Assembly: GCA_965153285.1 (NCBI GenBank)
Contig: OZ229110.1
Length of the DNA: 64,000 nt
Source: Podarcis tiliguerta
Taxonomy: Eukaryota
Reading direction: 5' to 3' (one strand)
The position numbers and the translations under genes were made by a program. Under the pieces are notes generated by a model. The model searched no databases and had not been told where the DNA came from. It saw nothing but the letters and a program-made list of their open reading frames with translations. Shown here one piece after another: positions 1 to 14,100 of the stretch; positions within the stretch are counted from its first letter, which is position 1; every line of letters begins with the position of its first letter.

Positions 1-344
1 TCTTTGTTAAATTTGCAAATAAATAATAATAATAATAATGAAGACAATTGTAGTGGCTTAAGTCTGTGGTTTTTGTAAAAAACAAAACAACACAGACTAA
101 ATGGAAAATGCTGACTCAAAATAAATGGCATTAGGAATAACTGGAAAAAGATGATGTTCTCAGTAATAACTGCATCTGTGAATGCTGAATGATTTATATG
201 AGAAGGGTTGGCAAGACTGAGGGTGCTGGACAGACTAAAGAAGTGTAATGTTTTGGAAGAACCGTGTTTTTCCAAATACTGCCTCCCAGTGAGGCATGTC
301 CAGCAACTTTGCTCTGTGTATCTGTGTGACTTGTTGCATAAGGC

Positions 345-548
345 ATCATCTGCACCATCCATTTAAAGCCCTTCCACATCACTTTAAATGCTAATGGCTT
401 CCTCCAAAGAATCCTGGGAACTGTAGTTTCTTAAGGGTGCTGAGAGGAGACCCTTGTTCACCTCACAGAGTTAAGAGTTGTTCCAGAGTTCTCTGAGAAA
501 GAGGGACTGATTGTTAAATCACTCTGGGAATTGTAGCTTTGTGAGGGG
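345..548. mobile_element. Degenerate lizard MITE-like repeat; second copy near 46610-46770
   Basis: CCAAAGAATC.TGGG..CTGTAGTTT.TTAAGGGTGCTG present in both places. Confidence 0.55.
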
Positions 549-2171
549 AATGAACCCAATGCGTCATTATGCAAAATGGTGAGCTTATTGAAATATGTTT
601 GGGAATTGCCCTGTTGCAGATTCTGTGGGCAAGGCACATCTTTTCATATACACCCAGGGTGGGGTGTCCATATAACCCCAGTGCTACAACATTTATGCTG
701 CTTTCTTTGGTGAAGAAATGTGTTATTGGGGGCATTCCAGTCTCCTTGCACTACAGTCTGGAAAATGGAACCACCAGCTCTTGGATCTATACAGCCACTG
801 TTGGCATTGCATTCCCCCCCCCCGCGCCCCCTTTTGGCTTGCAGCTCTCACTTGGGGTGAAAAAGGATCCCTACAAGGTTGCATTAAGTTATACTGCACA
901 ACATAGGCCTAAGTGTACAACTGGAGTGCACACATTCATTGGTTGGGTTGGATTTCTTTTTATATGTGATCCTGCTGAGCAGGTGAGCAGCATGTTGCCA
1001 GAATAGTGAGCGGAATAGCTTGCAGTGTGTGACCAATAGAGGATGCTTTTACATCATCAAACCCCCCCCCCCCCATCCTCTCATTCTTGATTTATGATAT
1101 TTATTTTAAAAAAAAATCCCAGCTACAGTAGTGTGTGTGGGCAGAAGATAGTGGAACAGGGAGGACAAGTTGGCTTAACTTTTTAATTATTTGTCCTGAG
1201 GCTCAGATTGTTTCTATGAGGGTTTCTTGCTCAGGCATCTTCCCTCTTGTTTCAAAGCAAAAAGCAGAAATTGTGGGAGTTGGGAAAAGTGATTCTTGGT
1301 TTTCTTCAGAAGCTTATAGATTGTGCACAGTCTGATTTCACAATATACAAGCAGCTGTGCAGATTCATGTCTTGCTAGAATCTTTTTTTATTCTCTTGAG
1401 TCTGGTACTGCTCTAGCTTAGCCCATCTTCACAGTTGGTTAATCTCTTTTAGCCCTAGTAGTCTGCCGTCCCAGGAAAAACATCTGGGAGAGCTTCTGCT
1501 ACCTTGTGCAAAATTCACTGTGTGGCAGTGTGTGATGCGTGCTTATTTGTGCTATTTTGGAATGTAGACAGAAGCTAATGCTCCTTTCTTGAGTCATGGA
1601 AATAACTCTGTAGGAAGCGGTTTAACTTGTTTGCCTAAGAAGGAACTGCTTCTCGTTATACCCTGTTTCTAAACTCAACCTTCTAGATTTTCCAAAGTTC
1701 AAAGCTTTTTCCTGCATTCCTCTAAAGTTTGTACTTACTTATTTTTAAAAACTTGAATCCCACCAAACAAAGCCTGCAAGGCAGCATGCAACATTATGTA
1801 GAAATAACAGTAAAACTACTGTAAAACGCCCCAAGTATCAACTTTATAAATTAGAGTCTTCTAGACAAAAACAACAGCAAACAATATAAAAATTAGCTTT
1901 AGTGAGTCGGAATCCCAAGCTACCTAACCATTTTAGGTCTCAGACCCCAAATGTTTCACTAACAATGTAAGAAGCAGTGCAGAGCTGCCATAGCAGGCTT
2001 TGGGGGGAGAGGGTTCCACAGTAGGGGGCTGCTACAGAAAAGGTCCCGCTGCTTGTAACTACCACCTAACATTTGCTAACAATGGGACTTGGAGCAATCT
2101 CACCTCCTCAGATGATGTTTGTGCATTCTAGGGGATAGTGTCTTCTGTGGGAGAGAAAGCATTCTGTAAAT

Positions 2172-2296
2172 CAGGGATAGCCAGTGTGATGCCCCCCAGA
2201 TGTTTCGACCACAGCATCTCCTAGCATCCCTGACTATTGGCCATGCTGAATGGGATTGGGGGAAGTTGTGGTCCAAAAGATGTTGGATACCCCTTG
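2172..2296. mobile_element. Short (~125 bp) hAT-like MITE; related copies near 10174-10266, 12523-12630, 46403-46540, 48518-48645, 50378-50495
   Basis: Shared core CATCCCTGAC.A.TGGCCATGCTGGCTGGGGCTGATGGGAGTTG; CAGGG..CCTTG ends and CTGTAAAT / CCCTAAAT flanks. Confidence 0.6.
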
Positions 2297-2462
2297 CCCT
2301 AAATTAACCTGGACCAATATATATGTCTTTATTTAGGGCTTTGAAGGTTAACACCAACACTTTGAATTGTGCTCAGGGATAATTTGAGGACCACTTCATT
2401 TTTTCTCAACAGTAGTTTTTTGTTCTCCCACCATGTAGTGGTGAGTTTCTGATCCCTCTCTT

Positions 2463-2530
2463 TAGAACATAAGAAGAACCCTGCTAGATCAGACCAAAGG
2501 CCAGCATCCTGTTTGCCCAGTGGCCAACCA
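2463..2530 (-). mobile_element. CR1-type 3' terminal fragment
   Basis: AGAACATAAGAAGAACCCTGCTAGATCAGACCAAAGG..TGGCCAACCA. Confidence 0.55.
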
Positions 2531-3418
2531 TTTATAAGGGTGCAATCCAGCTCCATTAAAATAAGTAGGAGTCCTGCTGCTGACTTTAGTGGGAGTCCCA
2601 TTATGATTTAAGGTGCAAGAGACAGAAGTTAGCTTGTTTGCCTATTTCTGTATAAGTCATCTCTCTCCATGCTGGAAACTTAATTGGACTGCGTTAGAGC
2701 TCCCATCCAGCACCATTTAAATATATATATAAGGGCAATCATGCATTTATTTATTTTCTAGGAGTTTCCATTTGGGAAATATAAAATGCTACTCAGCCAG
2801 TTTAATCTAATTGTAATGGTTCAACTTGTTTTTTTCTTTTCTTTCCTTTTTTTCAAAAACCCAGACAAACGCGATGAGGACTGGCATGTGTCCTTGTAAA
2901 CAAATTGCAGAAAAGCTGCAGCGTGGAGGTCTGTGTCTTAAACTGTGCCAAATCTCTTAATTTGTATTGTGCTCTTGACACTCCTGCTGAAAAGGCAGAG
3001 GAGTGGAGAAAAACGGAAAGTGAGGGGGAGGGAAGAGATGAAGGGAGACGGTCTCTTTGTTGTGCCTTGTTCACTTAGCAAGGATTCCTGCATGAAATGG
3101 GGGCAAAGGAGGCCAGGGCAGCGTCCTGCCAAGCCCCTGAACAACAGCAAGACAGCAGTGTTCTCCCAGTCTTTGCTTATTTAGCTGCAATGGGATGCAT
3201 CTCGGAATTTGAGTCTGAGACAGTCCCATGTATCCATCTCCCTTGTTGAGAAAGGGAATAGCTTTGGTGAAACTGCTGCAAGTTCCCGACTCATGAATCT
3301 GTTGATCTGGCTGGCCTGTGTGTCTTGTTTTCATCTCCTGGGAGTTGGGAAGGTAATTTAAAGTACACGGGAGGCAAACTGCAGGGCCTTTTACCACAAC
3401 AAAACCAATAATATTTAA

Positions 3419-3583
3419 GGGAAGAGCTGTGGCTCAGTGGCAGAGCATTCGCTCTGCACATAGAAAGTCCCAAGTTCAATCCCTGGCACCTCCAGGTAGA
3501 AAAGGAGAGAGCCCTTTCTGAAACCCTGGATAGCTGCTGCTGGTCAGTGTAGACAGTCCTGAGCTAGATGGAAATAATGGTGT
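3419..3583 (+). mobile_element. tRNA-derived squamate SINE (Squam3-like)
   Basis: A-box TGGCTCAGTGG, B-box AGTTCAATCCC, body GTCAGTGTAGACA..CTGAGCTAG shared with the 59075 copy. Confidence 0.7.
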
Positions 3584-6006
3584 TCTCATCTCCTGTGGCA
3601 GTAATTTAGCAGCAGGACTCCGAGCTTGGAGTGATACCGTTATCTCTGTTTTGTCTAATATCAAGACAGTTTACATATTACAGCTGTAATTTATGGTGGT
3701 GGCTATGAACTATCCCACAGAGAGGCTGTTACCTTACTGTGAGCTGTTCATTTGCAGTTGCTCAGCGAAGGCATTGGTCAGTTTTCATCCTGCAAAAATA
3801 AGGGTCTGCTATCGCTTGCTGAAAAACACCCAACCTTCACAAAGGTCCATTTCATTCCGTATTCATCCCACACTAATGGCCATCCATAGAAAGACGTAAA
3901 TAAGTGTCTTTGGTCACAACTGTTTAACCTGCAGCTGTACTCTGTCCTACAACACATTTGAGTTGTAGTCTGTGCTACAAGTGCCTAGCCCTAAAAGAAA
4001 TTTACATCCTGCTGACCAGTTGTTTTGTGAGCAGGGCTCAGTAGTGTGGAAAGGCTAAGGTGTAGATTCACTCCCTCCCCCACCCCAACTTCCCAGCTGT
4101 TTTGGTTCTTTTCCAAAGGTGCAGATGTGTGTATCACTAGCTACTGCATTGACTACTGCTACTGCATAATTCCGATTTGAATACAAAACCCCTCATCCTG
4201 CTTGGGGCTGTTCACACAGAAGCCTGCATCCATATGTACACAGGCCAGTGATGGTGCAGGGCAGTTGTGTATCACTTGCCTGCTTAGACTGCACTCTGGC
4301 CTGCCACTGATCTTACAAGCATAGAGATCTAGGGGAGAGAGCTTCTGGGAATATTGCATGGAAACGATCAGGTTGTCAGTCTGCTCTCTTTTAAGAGCAC
4401 TCTAATAAAATTGGCTATTGATTTTAAACATGGAATTAGGTTTACTGCTTTCAGTGGAAGAGCAGGAAACATCTGACATCTCATTTCAGAGTTGGACTAG
4501 AAGAAGCTCCTTGTGGCAAAGCTGGAAGTGAAATATTTCTAGCAAACGGCATTAATAAATCGGATGCAAAACCAAAACAAGAATGGTGGGTTTATCAAGT
4601 GCACAAAATATATTTATTTAACAGCAACAGGTGCTAGGGTACAGATGCGTGTTTCTTGATACTACCCCCACCCCCAAAAGAGAGAGAAATGCTTTCAACG
4701 TTTGATACTGGTAGCTTACTATCATATAGCTGATATTTTGTTTGAAGAGCAACATAACTCATTCACCAATTGAAACATGCTGCAATCGTTCAATTTCAGC
4801 CGTAGCATTTTTTAAAACTGAAGGAGGCAGAATGCCTTGTTTCAGACGTGTTAGTCACCCAGTCTCTGTATGTTGCTTTGACACCTCTGACTTGTTTTTA
4901 GAATGCACTATCCCTTCTTGGGCTGAGATTATATTCCAATTCACCAGGAAGACTTATGTCTGCAGAAGGGTGCTGTGCTTTTCCAGCATTTATTTTTAGA
5001 GTCGGAATGCTTCTCCAAGACAGCCTTTTACATATTGTAAAGGTTCCTGGCCTCTCTCTCTCTCTTAATTTGGAGTGTGGTGTGTATAAGAAATATCAAA
5101 CAGACTGCCACAGACTTGGGAATTCTTGATGCATTTGTGTCTTGAAAGCTGGTTTAATCTTGGAAATGAACCAGTTGCAGCTCATTTCTTTCACGGTAAT
5201 TCCAACTGAGCAAACTTTTTAAGTGTCCAAAGATTTTCCTTGCAATAATGGAAACAACAAAAATAAACCAGTGCCTCTCTTTCTGAATGGAATTTGCCAC
5301 AGCACAAAACCTCAGTTTGTGTCTGAGTCAAAATACATGCACTTCTCCCATCTGGCAGGAGGAGCATTCACTGCTACTTTTGAGAGCTACCTGCCTGTCA
5401 TTTGTCTCTAGAAACAGACAAAACCATCAAATACACTTTCAGAAAAGTTGGGTGGTGCCTTACTTAATAAATACACAGTAGCTACCTGCTACCACAGAGG
5501 AGGGACAGTCCCATTTGACGATTCATTTTTTAAAAATGAACAAAACACCACTTGGTTTAGTATCTTGGCGGTCAACCTTGCCATCAGTGCCACCTTCAGA
5601 TGGACAAAGTGGGGCTTGCTGACAGCAAAATAACTTCTAATCTGCAAGCTTGCAAGTCTTTCTTTGTAGCTGCTTCCTTACCTGCCCCACTCCTGATGTC
5701 ACCTATGATGTCAGGCGGGTATGGGGGACATGGGCTGGTCGACTGGCTTTAACCCCATGTGGTTAGTACTGGGAATTTCCCAGTTGAACCAGAGTCTATA
5801 TTCCTGGATGTTTTAAAGTTGTTGCCTGCGTAATAAGCCATCTTTAGCACTCAAGCGCTTTTGCTGCAATTTGTTTATTATTTATGTGTTATGTGCCGCT
5901 CTGGAAGTGATGCTGGTTTTGGAGTGTCAAGCAGCATTCACAGGATTCCCAGAAACTCTGGTGGGGCTGTATCCACAACCTCTTAGGTTGAAATGGCCTG
6001 CAGCCC

Positions 6007-6360
6007 GTAAAGGTAAAGGGGCCCCTGACCATTAGGTCCAGTCGTGGGCGACTCTGGGGTTGCAGTGCTCATATTGCTTTATTGGCTGATGGAGCCAGCG
6101 TACAGCTTCTGGGTCATGTAGCCAGCATGACTAAGCCGCTTCTGGCAAACTAGAGCAGCGCACGGAAACGCCTTTTACCTTCCCGCTGGAGTAGTACCTA
6201 TTTATCTACTTGCACTTTGACGTGCTTTCGAACTGCTAGGTTGGCAGGAGCAGGGACCGAGCAACGGGAGCTCACCCTGTCACGGAGATTTGAACCGCCA
6301 ACCTTCTGATCGGCAAGTCCTAGGCTCTGTGGTTTAACCCACAGCGCCACCCGCGTCCCT
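6007..6360 (-). mobile_element. Full-length Sauria SINE
   Basis: Minus strand starts GGGACGCGGGTGGCGCTGTGGGTT, has the CCTAGCAGTTCGAAAGCA core and an ACCTTT tail; 10-bp TSD CCTGCAGCCC at 5997-6006 and 6361-6370. Confidence 0.92.
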
Positions 6361-7911
6361 CCTGCAGCCCTTAGGTTACTGCTAATGTACCTCTTCCATC
6401 CTGCTTCACATTATGCAAAACTTTAGGGTGATGTAGTCCTTGTCCATTGCCCTTACAGTTCCAGGAGACATGTACGAGGAAAGCAGGAGTGAGTGTTGGG
6501 TTCAGCCTAATCTACTCCATAGAGGCGGCTGCGAGGTTCACATGAGATAGCAATACATTAAAACAAAGACTGCTCACCTTTGGAATAGAGTGGAGTGGGG
6601 GGTGGGATTAAATAAATCAAGGCATTATGTTATATATCAGTTTTCTTTCCAATGTAACCTCGTTGACTAGTACGAAGGTTACTGCAGATTCCACACACCC
6701 CGACCCCCACCAGAATGTCTAAGGAGGGGAGCCAGGGACCTCTACTTTTCAAATATGTTGAGCATCCCAAAGTGGCTGGCCTGGAGTTGTTTGGTTGGCT
6801 CAGATACGCCTGCTTTTTAAGATCGTCTTATTTCCAAGTATCCTAAATAGCAAGTCGCGACCTCTGTGAATGGTTTTTATCATAAGCAGCTAAGAAATGA
6901 TTCCTCCAGGGAGAGATTGCTGCAAAATATTGTCAACAGCAGTGCTGCAAGGTCTGTAGTAGCCTTTTAATGTTTGTTGGTGTTGGCACAAAGTAGAATC
7001 TGTTATTTCAAAACAAGGAAAGAGACTCTGAGATGAAAATATTTAATAAGATTAAATATTTGTTAGTGCAAAACAGACGAGGATGAAAAAAAGAGGGTGG
7101 GGCTTAACTAAGAACATATTCCTTCAGCTGCATCAGGAAATAATCAAGAGCCAAAAAGAGTGTGTCTGAACTTTTGCTCCACTTGAAACAATAACTAGGA
7201 ACTTGCTTCTATTTTAGTTTTCTTGCTTAGCCCCTTGGTTTGTATGCTGTACAGCTTACGCTTGCCAGGTGGGATCTACAAATGAGATGCCACCCATTTT
7301 AAAAGTGTCAAATGTACAGCCTTGTTACTTTTTACGTTTGAGTCTAGCAGTCCTTGTGTAGCTATTCTCATGCCAATTAATTTTAGCCTTTGTTGAGTTC
7401 TGGCGTTGAGTGTGTTGGGGTTGAGCCCAAGAGTGGAATTCCATGTAGTGCTAAGTGGGGTATCAGGTTCACCTCCACAATGGGACTTTCTCTCCCCCTC
7501 CTCCTCCCCGTGTGACCCCTAAACTTGCTCTGTTTTCTCCCCACCCCCATCCTCCAAAGCAGATTTAGAGGCCAAGGGGTGGGCTAGTCCTGTTGCACGA
7601 GTGGACCACATTTACTACTACATAACACTTTTAATTTACACAGTATTGCAATCTTTAATGTGTTTGCTTTCAACCCAATCCTGTGAGGTAGCTCATTTAA
7701 TATCCCCATTTTTTAGACCAGCAGTGAGAACAGTGATGTTCCCAAAGTCTCACAGTGAGTCTATGGCTGAGCTAAGACTTTTTATCATTGAACACATTGG
7801 CTCTTGGGTAGCATTACTGCCTCTTAATTGGATTTTCAGCTGTCTTCTGGAACTGTGTCCCCATTTTGTTGGCAGCATAAGTGACGCCTGTTCTGTTTAA
7901 TTTGCCTCTAG

Positions 7912-8134
7912 GTCATGGGGAATGCCACTGTGGGGAGTGCAAATGCCACCGTGGTTACATCGGGGACAACTGCAACTGCTCGACAGAGACAGGCCAGTGC
8001 CTTTCCAACGATGGCCAGATGTGCAGTGGCCGAGGCAACTGCATTTGTGGGAAGTGCCAGTGCACAGAACCAGGTGCCTTTGGAGAGACGTGTGAGAAAT
8101 GCCCTACCTGCCCAGGCGTCTGCAGCACAAAAAG
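7912..8134 (+). CDS. ITGB5: ITGB5 exon, I-EGF repeats (223 nt)
   Basis: ctctag|GTCATGGG...CAAAAAG|gtattc; [12 protein letters not shown]...[11 protein letters not shown]. Confidence 0.95.
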
Positions 8135-11100
8135 GTATTCTGTGAGCTAGCTAGAGTGAAAACCCTTCAAATAACAACTTGATGACAGTGCCTGATTATG
8201 TCGCTCTCCAGCTTCATTGGTGTCCATCCCACCTGCCGATATACCTACAAAAAATCAGGAAGCGATGATGCATCACAGCTTGAACTTTACTTATCACTAG
8301 AATTCAGTGAGGTAGCTCATCAATATTCCTATTTTCCAGTTGGGGAATCTGCAGCTGAGACATGTGACATGTCCAAGACTACATCCATGAGTCCACTGTG
8401 CTTATTACGGCTTATTGTAGATGAGTCTGTAGCTTTGAAGTACTTTCCATACCTGAAGTCTTTGGCTCAGTTTTTGGCCTCAGCAGTTAAAAAGGTAGAA
8501 TTGGGGGGAATCCGTTTGAGCTAGAGGGTAGGAGACTCAACAGTCCCAGGATTATGCATCCACCGTCTGTTTTCATGCAAGGCAGCAAAGGATGTAGTTC
8601 TGTGGTAGAGCAGCTGCTTTGGAAGCTGAAAGTCCCATGTTTGATCCTTGACACCTTCAAGCAGGACTGGAGAACCACTCCCAGTCTGCGTGGACAAGGA
8701 CCAATGATCTGACTTGATATAAAGCAGCTTCCTATGTTGCTGTGTTCTATAGTTCTAACATCCATTTAGCTTGCATTGATGGATGGTTGTTTTGCTTAAT
8801 GGCACTTGTTCAGGCTTGTACAGCTGGTGACACCCCGCCACCCCCAAGCTGAATGCAACTCCTTGCTTTTGTATTGGAACCTGTCAGGTATCTGACAACC
8901 TCCATTTCCCCCCCAGTTCTAAATCATATAGCAAAAACAGGTTTATGAAGCTGTAATATGTGCCTGGTATGCTGTGTTTTCAGCTTGACAGTTCATATGA
9001 TGTGCAGGCATGCATTAATAGTATTGTGTATAATGAAATGCATGAAAGAATGCAAAATGATCTGAAGCAATATGCATGTTCTTTTTCATTTAAATTTAAC
9101 ACAGCCTTAACTGGCTAATTCTCTGTATTAGCCTCCAAAGGCTGGATACCTTCTCTACAAAACAGGACTGCCCTAAATATGATTTCCCAGTGCAAATCCT
9201 TTTTGGGGTTCTTCTTATCACTTCCCCTTTCTTCCTTATTAAAAAGTATTCTTAGAGAGTGACTTTTTCCTTCATGAATGGGAACCGTTTCTCCTTACAT
9301 ACAAGAAACAAATGTGTAGCCATGACCCCTGTACCAATAAAATCAGCAGCAGCCTTTATATGTGGTTGCCACAGAGGGGGGAAAGGTTTTATTTTGAGAA
9401 AACGTCTCTGTCCATGTTTTCCCCCATGCAAATAGTGGTTGCTACAGTGCACTGAGACTTGTGGGGCAGAAGACAGGGAGGCCAACAGTCGGTGGAGCCA
9501 GAGAGGACAGACAAAACCAGTGACAGACAGAACCCACTAATTCTAGTTTTGCTCCCATCCTCCTTCCCTTCTATGAAGGGGACACTTGAGACTAAGGAGG
9601 AGGAAGCTGGTGGCAGTGCCAGTTCCCTGGACTGGTTCTAAGCAAGAAGGCAGGTGGGGACCGGCCGAGGGTAAACGGAGGTTGGTGGGGCAGTGCCCCA
9701 TTCCCTATGGGGGCAGACTCCACTGCACACGGATGTGATTTGAAGGGAAGTCTATCAATCTCCTCTCATTCCTCTTTCTAAGGGACTGCATTGAGTGTAT
9801 GCTGTTTAACTCAGGAAGACTGGCTGACAACCAGACCTGCCAAAAACACTGCCGGGACGAGATCATTACTCGAGTGGATGTTCTCAGTAAGTACAGGCAA
9901 GATAAACTAGGCAGAATCCTGGCAGAAGTCGATGCTGCTTATCAAAAGTCTCACCACTTTAGGGGAAAGGGAATTTGGAATGTATTTTGTTAAAATGTAG
10001 ACAAATGGTTGGATGTATTAGAATTGTAAGGGAAAGGAACACTAAAGAACAACTGTATGCATAACGCAGGAAAAGTAGCTGAGAGGTTGTATCTATACAA
10101 TATATCTATTGTATCGATATATTGGCTAGTGATATAGGAGACAATTGTTTCAGTTAAGCAGCAGTGGTCCTTCTGTGGCCCTCCACTTGTTTGCTGGACT
10201 ACAATTCCCAACATCCCTTACCATTAGCCATGCAGACTGGGGCTGATGGAAGTTGCAGTCCACCTCTAAGTTAAAAGAAAATTGTTGCTGCATGATCTAA
10301 TGGCAACCGATATAGCCAGCCGCTCTCTGTCTGGAGTACATTGTCATGTGGACTGAGTAGTTTGGACTTCAAGCTCTCTTGTGTTAAACCTTTTGTCACA
10401 TTCCATTTCGTGTGTGTGTGTGTGTGTGGCATTTGCGGGGGGGGGGGCATCACAGCTGTAGCTGCTCAGCTGTACTTGTGGCTCAACCCCACTTCCGCCA
10501 GTTCACAGACAATGACTATTTGCCAATGCAAATGTTGCAACATATTTTTTTCCTTCCTCTTTGTCTGTGGTGAGTTTGTTTGCTATTTAAATGTGACTCC
10601 ATTATCAACCCACTTTCCTAGGGAGAAAAGTCCAGATTTTTTCATTAATGGCATCCAAAACTGCCACAGAGGCGCTGTGTGTGTGTGTGTTCTTAAAAAA
10701 TCCCCTTGAAGCCCTTCTGGCTACTTGTGTAAATACAGATGCCTACCAATCGCAAAAAGCTAACTTCAGATAACAACATGCATACAGATAACCCTGAAAT
10801 GCAGGCTTTTCGTTTGAAGCTGCTTTCCAAACTCGTATGTTTAAGCTCTGCAGAGATAACGTAGCCAATATTGTGCTGAACTGCATGCAAAGCTCTTCCT
10901 GTGCAAACAGAAAAATTCTGGAGATCCACTTTTGGGAAGTGATTTGCACCAGCTTTACAAGTCTAGGGTAGAATTTAACTGAAACATTTGCGTTCCTTAC
11001 TTGCTCCTTTATGGGGTCCCAACAGAGGCATGGACTCTATGGCTTCTGTAGCCACCACAATTTGGACAGAGCATAACTATGGTGGCATAGTGATCATACT

Positions 11101-14100
11101 GGACTCCTTCAAACATACCTCCTCACCTCTGCCCCAGAGTGTCCTATTGGGATCCAGCCTCTTCCAGGCTTTGGTTCAACACTTTCACAGCCTCTCCTGA
11201 TTCAGACAGAATAAGGAGAAATATGTGTGCCATCCATGCTCCAAATCCCCAGATGACAGCTGCCACTGGCTTCATATAGAAGTTGAATAATATAGGAGAA
11301 TGGACCCTTCTGCTTCACCTTCACATGCAGTGGCCAAACCTGCTATAGATGGGGTTTTCCTGCAAACCCATCTGACGGGCCTTTTCATTTCATATAACAG
11401 CCTGTCCTTATATGATCCACTTGGGGCTGGGGGAGAAACTGCTTGAAACAGCCGTGTCTGCCCCCCCCTTCCTCCCACAACTTCCCCCTTTCTCTCAAAA
11501 ATGACCCTTCAAGCAATTTCTGGCAATAAAAACCATTCAGCACATTTTTGAAATGCAAACACAGTGGATTGATTGCAGTTTTGATAACATCTCCACTTTG
11601 TCAGCACTTTGCGCCTCAAAATGAGACTCTTGTCTGTGGAGTATTCAAAAACGAAGGCAAGAGGAAAGCAAAAAAAAGGAATCCACGGGAGAGAGTGCAA
11701 TCCCTTGGCATTGAAGCCGGCATCATTTAGGAGCCTCGTTTTCTCAATCTCCCTTTTGTTTTACTTATTAGCCTAAACCAGATAGGCCTTTCGTGTGCAT
11801 TCTTCTGAAAATCTGTAGCTGGGTTCAAAATGATGAGATGGAATGTCGATCAGACCCTAGGAGCCTTTACAAATTGTTGGTTTATTGCTCAAAAAGTGAA
11901 CTTGATACTTGGTTTTAGCAGTGTTCCAAACAACTAGCATGAGAAACAGTGGGATACACTGCTTTCCCTCAAATACCACTTAAGTTTTTTGTTTTAATTA
12001 GTTTTTTTGTTAAAGATTTTTGTGTTACAAAATGAACGGTTAAGGTACATCTGTTGCCTCCACTTTCAATTCAGTCTTTTTCACAGTTCCTTTACATTTA
12101 GTGAGAAACACTTTTGTCATTGACATACTGCATTTGGGGGGGAAAGAGAGTGTGGACATTTTGTTCTTTTGTTCTATTGCCTATTATTAGTGTTGGGGGT
12201 TTGTGTCAGCATCACATGGGTAGGTCCTTTGTTTATGTATTTATTTTTATTGATAATGCGAGAGGTTGGGGGTCCGGTCCCAAGCTTGGTTGGCTGCATT
12301 CAGTTGATTGCGGTGTGGCTTGTTGGGGGGGGGGGTAGGTTGTTGGGTCAGGTTAGCCAAATTGATTCGTATGCTTTTTGTGGGGATAGATCATTGTCCT
12401 GTTGTGCTGTGTATGTAAAGGGGAACCATACCATGGTGAAGGCATCCTTCTTTGCTTGTCCCCATGCTAGTTTGAGTTTGTTGGTTAACCTTTACTAGTT
12501 TAACTTCTTGGTAAGGCTCTAGAGCAGATAGGGAACCCATGGTCCTCCAGAGGTGGTTGGGTCTTCAGCTGCCATCAGCTCCAGCCAGCATGGCCAAGGA
12601 TGATGGGAGATGCAATTCAGCAACAACTGGTTCATAACAATACAAGAGCCGGCTGGATTAGGCCAATGGCCCTTCTAGTCCAGCATCCTGTTCTCACAGC
12701 GGCCAACCAGATAGATGCCTGTGGGAAACCTGCAAGCAGGATCTGAGCACAAGAGTACCCTCCTGCAATTTCCAACAACTGAAATTCAGAATTATTCTGC
12801 CTCTGACCAGGGGGGCACAGCATTGCCTCCACAGTTCATGGAGACAGTGCATAGCCTCCATTATGGCTAGGTGTCTCATCCTCCATGACATCTGTTTTAG
12901 AAGGTCCATCAGAACTTCTCCAGTAATACACTACTGAATCAATTTTAAAGAATTAGTTTAAAGAGCATTCATTTATTAAATGCGACTAATTCAAGATGCT
13001 TAGCAGGGTTGCATTTGATTCCTCTCCTGACTGAATGTCTGTATACCAGTTGCTCTTAGTTTGGTCTGAAGTTGTACATGCACAGGTAGGGATTTGTGGG
13101 CCATCTGCTATCAGGAGTAATGAAGGTTGAGGCATCTTTGAAACAGAAGCTCTTTGTGGCGACTGCAGAGGTCTGTGCTTCTGACACGGTCCACAAGCCA
13201 TCTGCCAAGCAGCCAAACGCTCACACAGTAAGAGAGATGAAAAGGGAAGACATCAGATTCTTAACATGGGAGCAGGAGCACAGGCAGATGAAAAGTAACC
13301 TGCTCAAGGATACTTGAAGGGCCAATCCTCCCATACAATCCTGCTTCACCCATTCAGATCCACCAATGGAAACATGCAGTTGCTGGGTGAATGGGATTTC
13401 CTTGTTTTCACACCCAGGCTTTGACACTCGTAAGTCTGAGGGGCCTTGGTGTTTTGCTGTGTGGTGGAAACAAAACTTTATTGTCTGAATATAATTATTA
13501 CTTCCTGCTATAATTTTGTTAAGCTATGGCATTGCTCAACTATGTTTCAAATACTTTTTGTATAGTGTAATTATATTGCTGGTAGTCACAAAGTTTATAC
13601 ATACATGCATGCATGCATACATACATACATACATACATACATACATAGTGTGGCTTTGCTTTTTCTAAGCACTCCCATTAGAAACTTGATTGCTTATTCC
13701 CCAAGGGGACAAAGTAGTGTTTAAAAACTGCAAACCCATATGGGCAAAAGTGAGAGATTTGCCAATGAGACCTGCCTGAGGATGCAATTTTCTGACCTGC
13801 CCCCAGATCTCTGGCCGCATAACTATTCAGTTTAATGCCTTCACTTGACCCTATGCAGCGTATCTATCACAGCATGTTTTTCTGTAATGCACAACATTGA
13901 CCTTATCAGTGTTGAATATTTTAATCTCCATCTCCCCGCTACTCCCTGTGCCCCAACTGGATTGCAAAATTAAGCTTATTTCCAGACAATTACTTCCTCC
14001 ATGGAGATTGGCATAAGGAAATGAAACTTCCTCTTCCAAAGAAAGCCTTCCAAGTTTCAGTTTTGTTTGGCCTTCTTTCAGAGACACATAGAAATTCCTC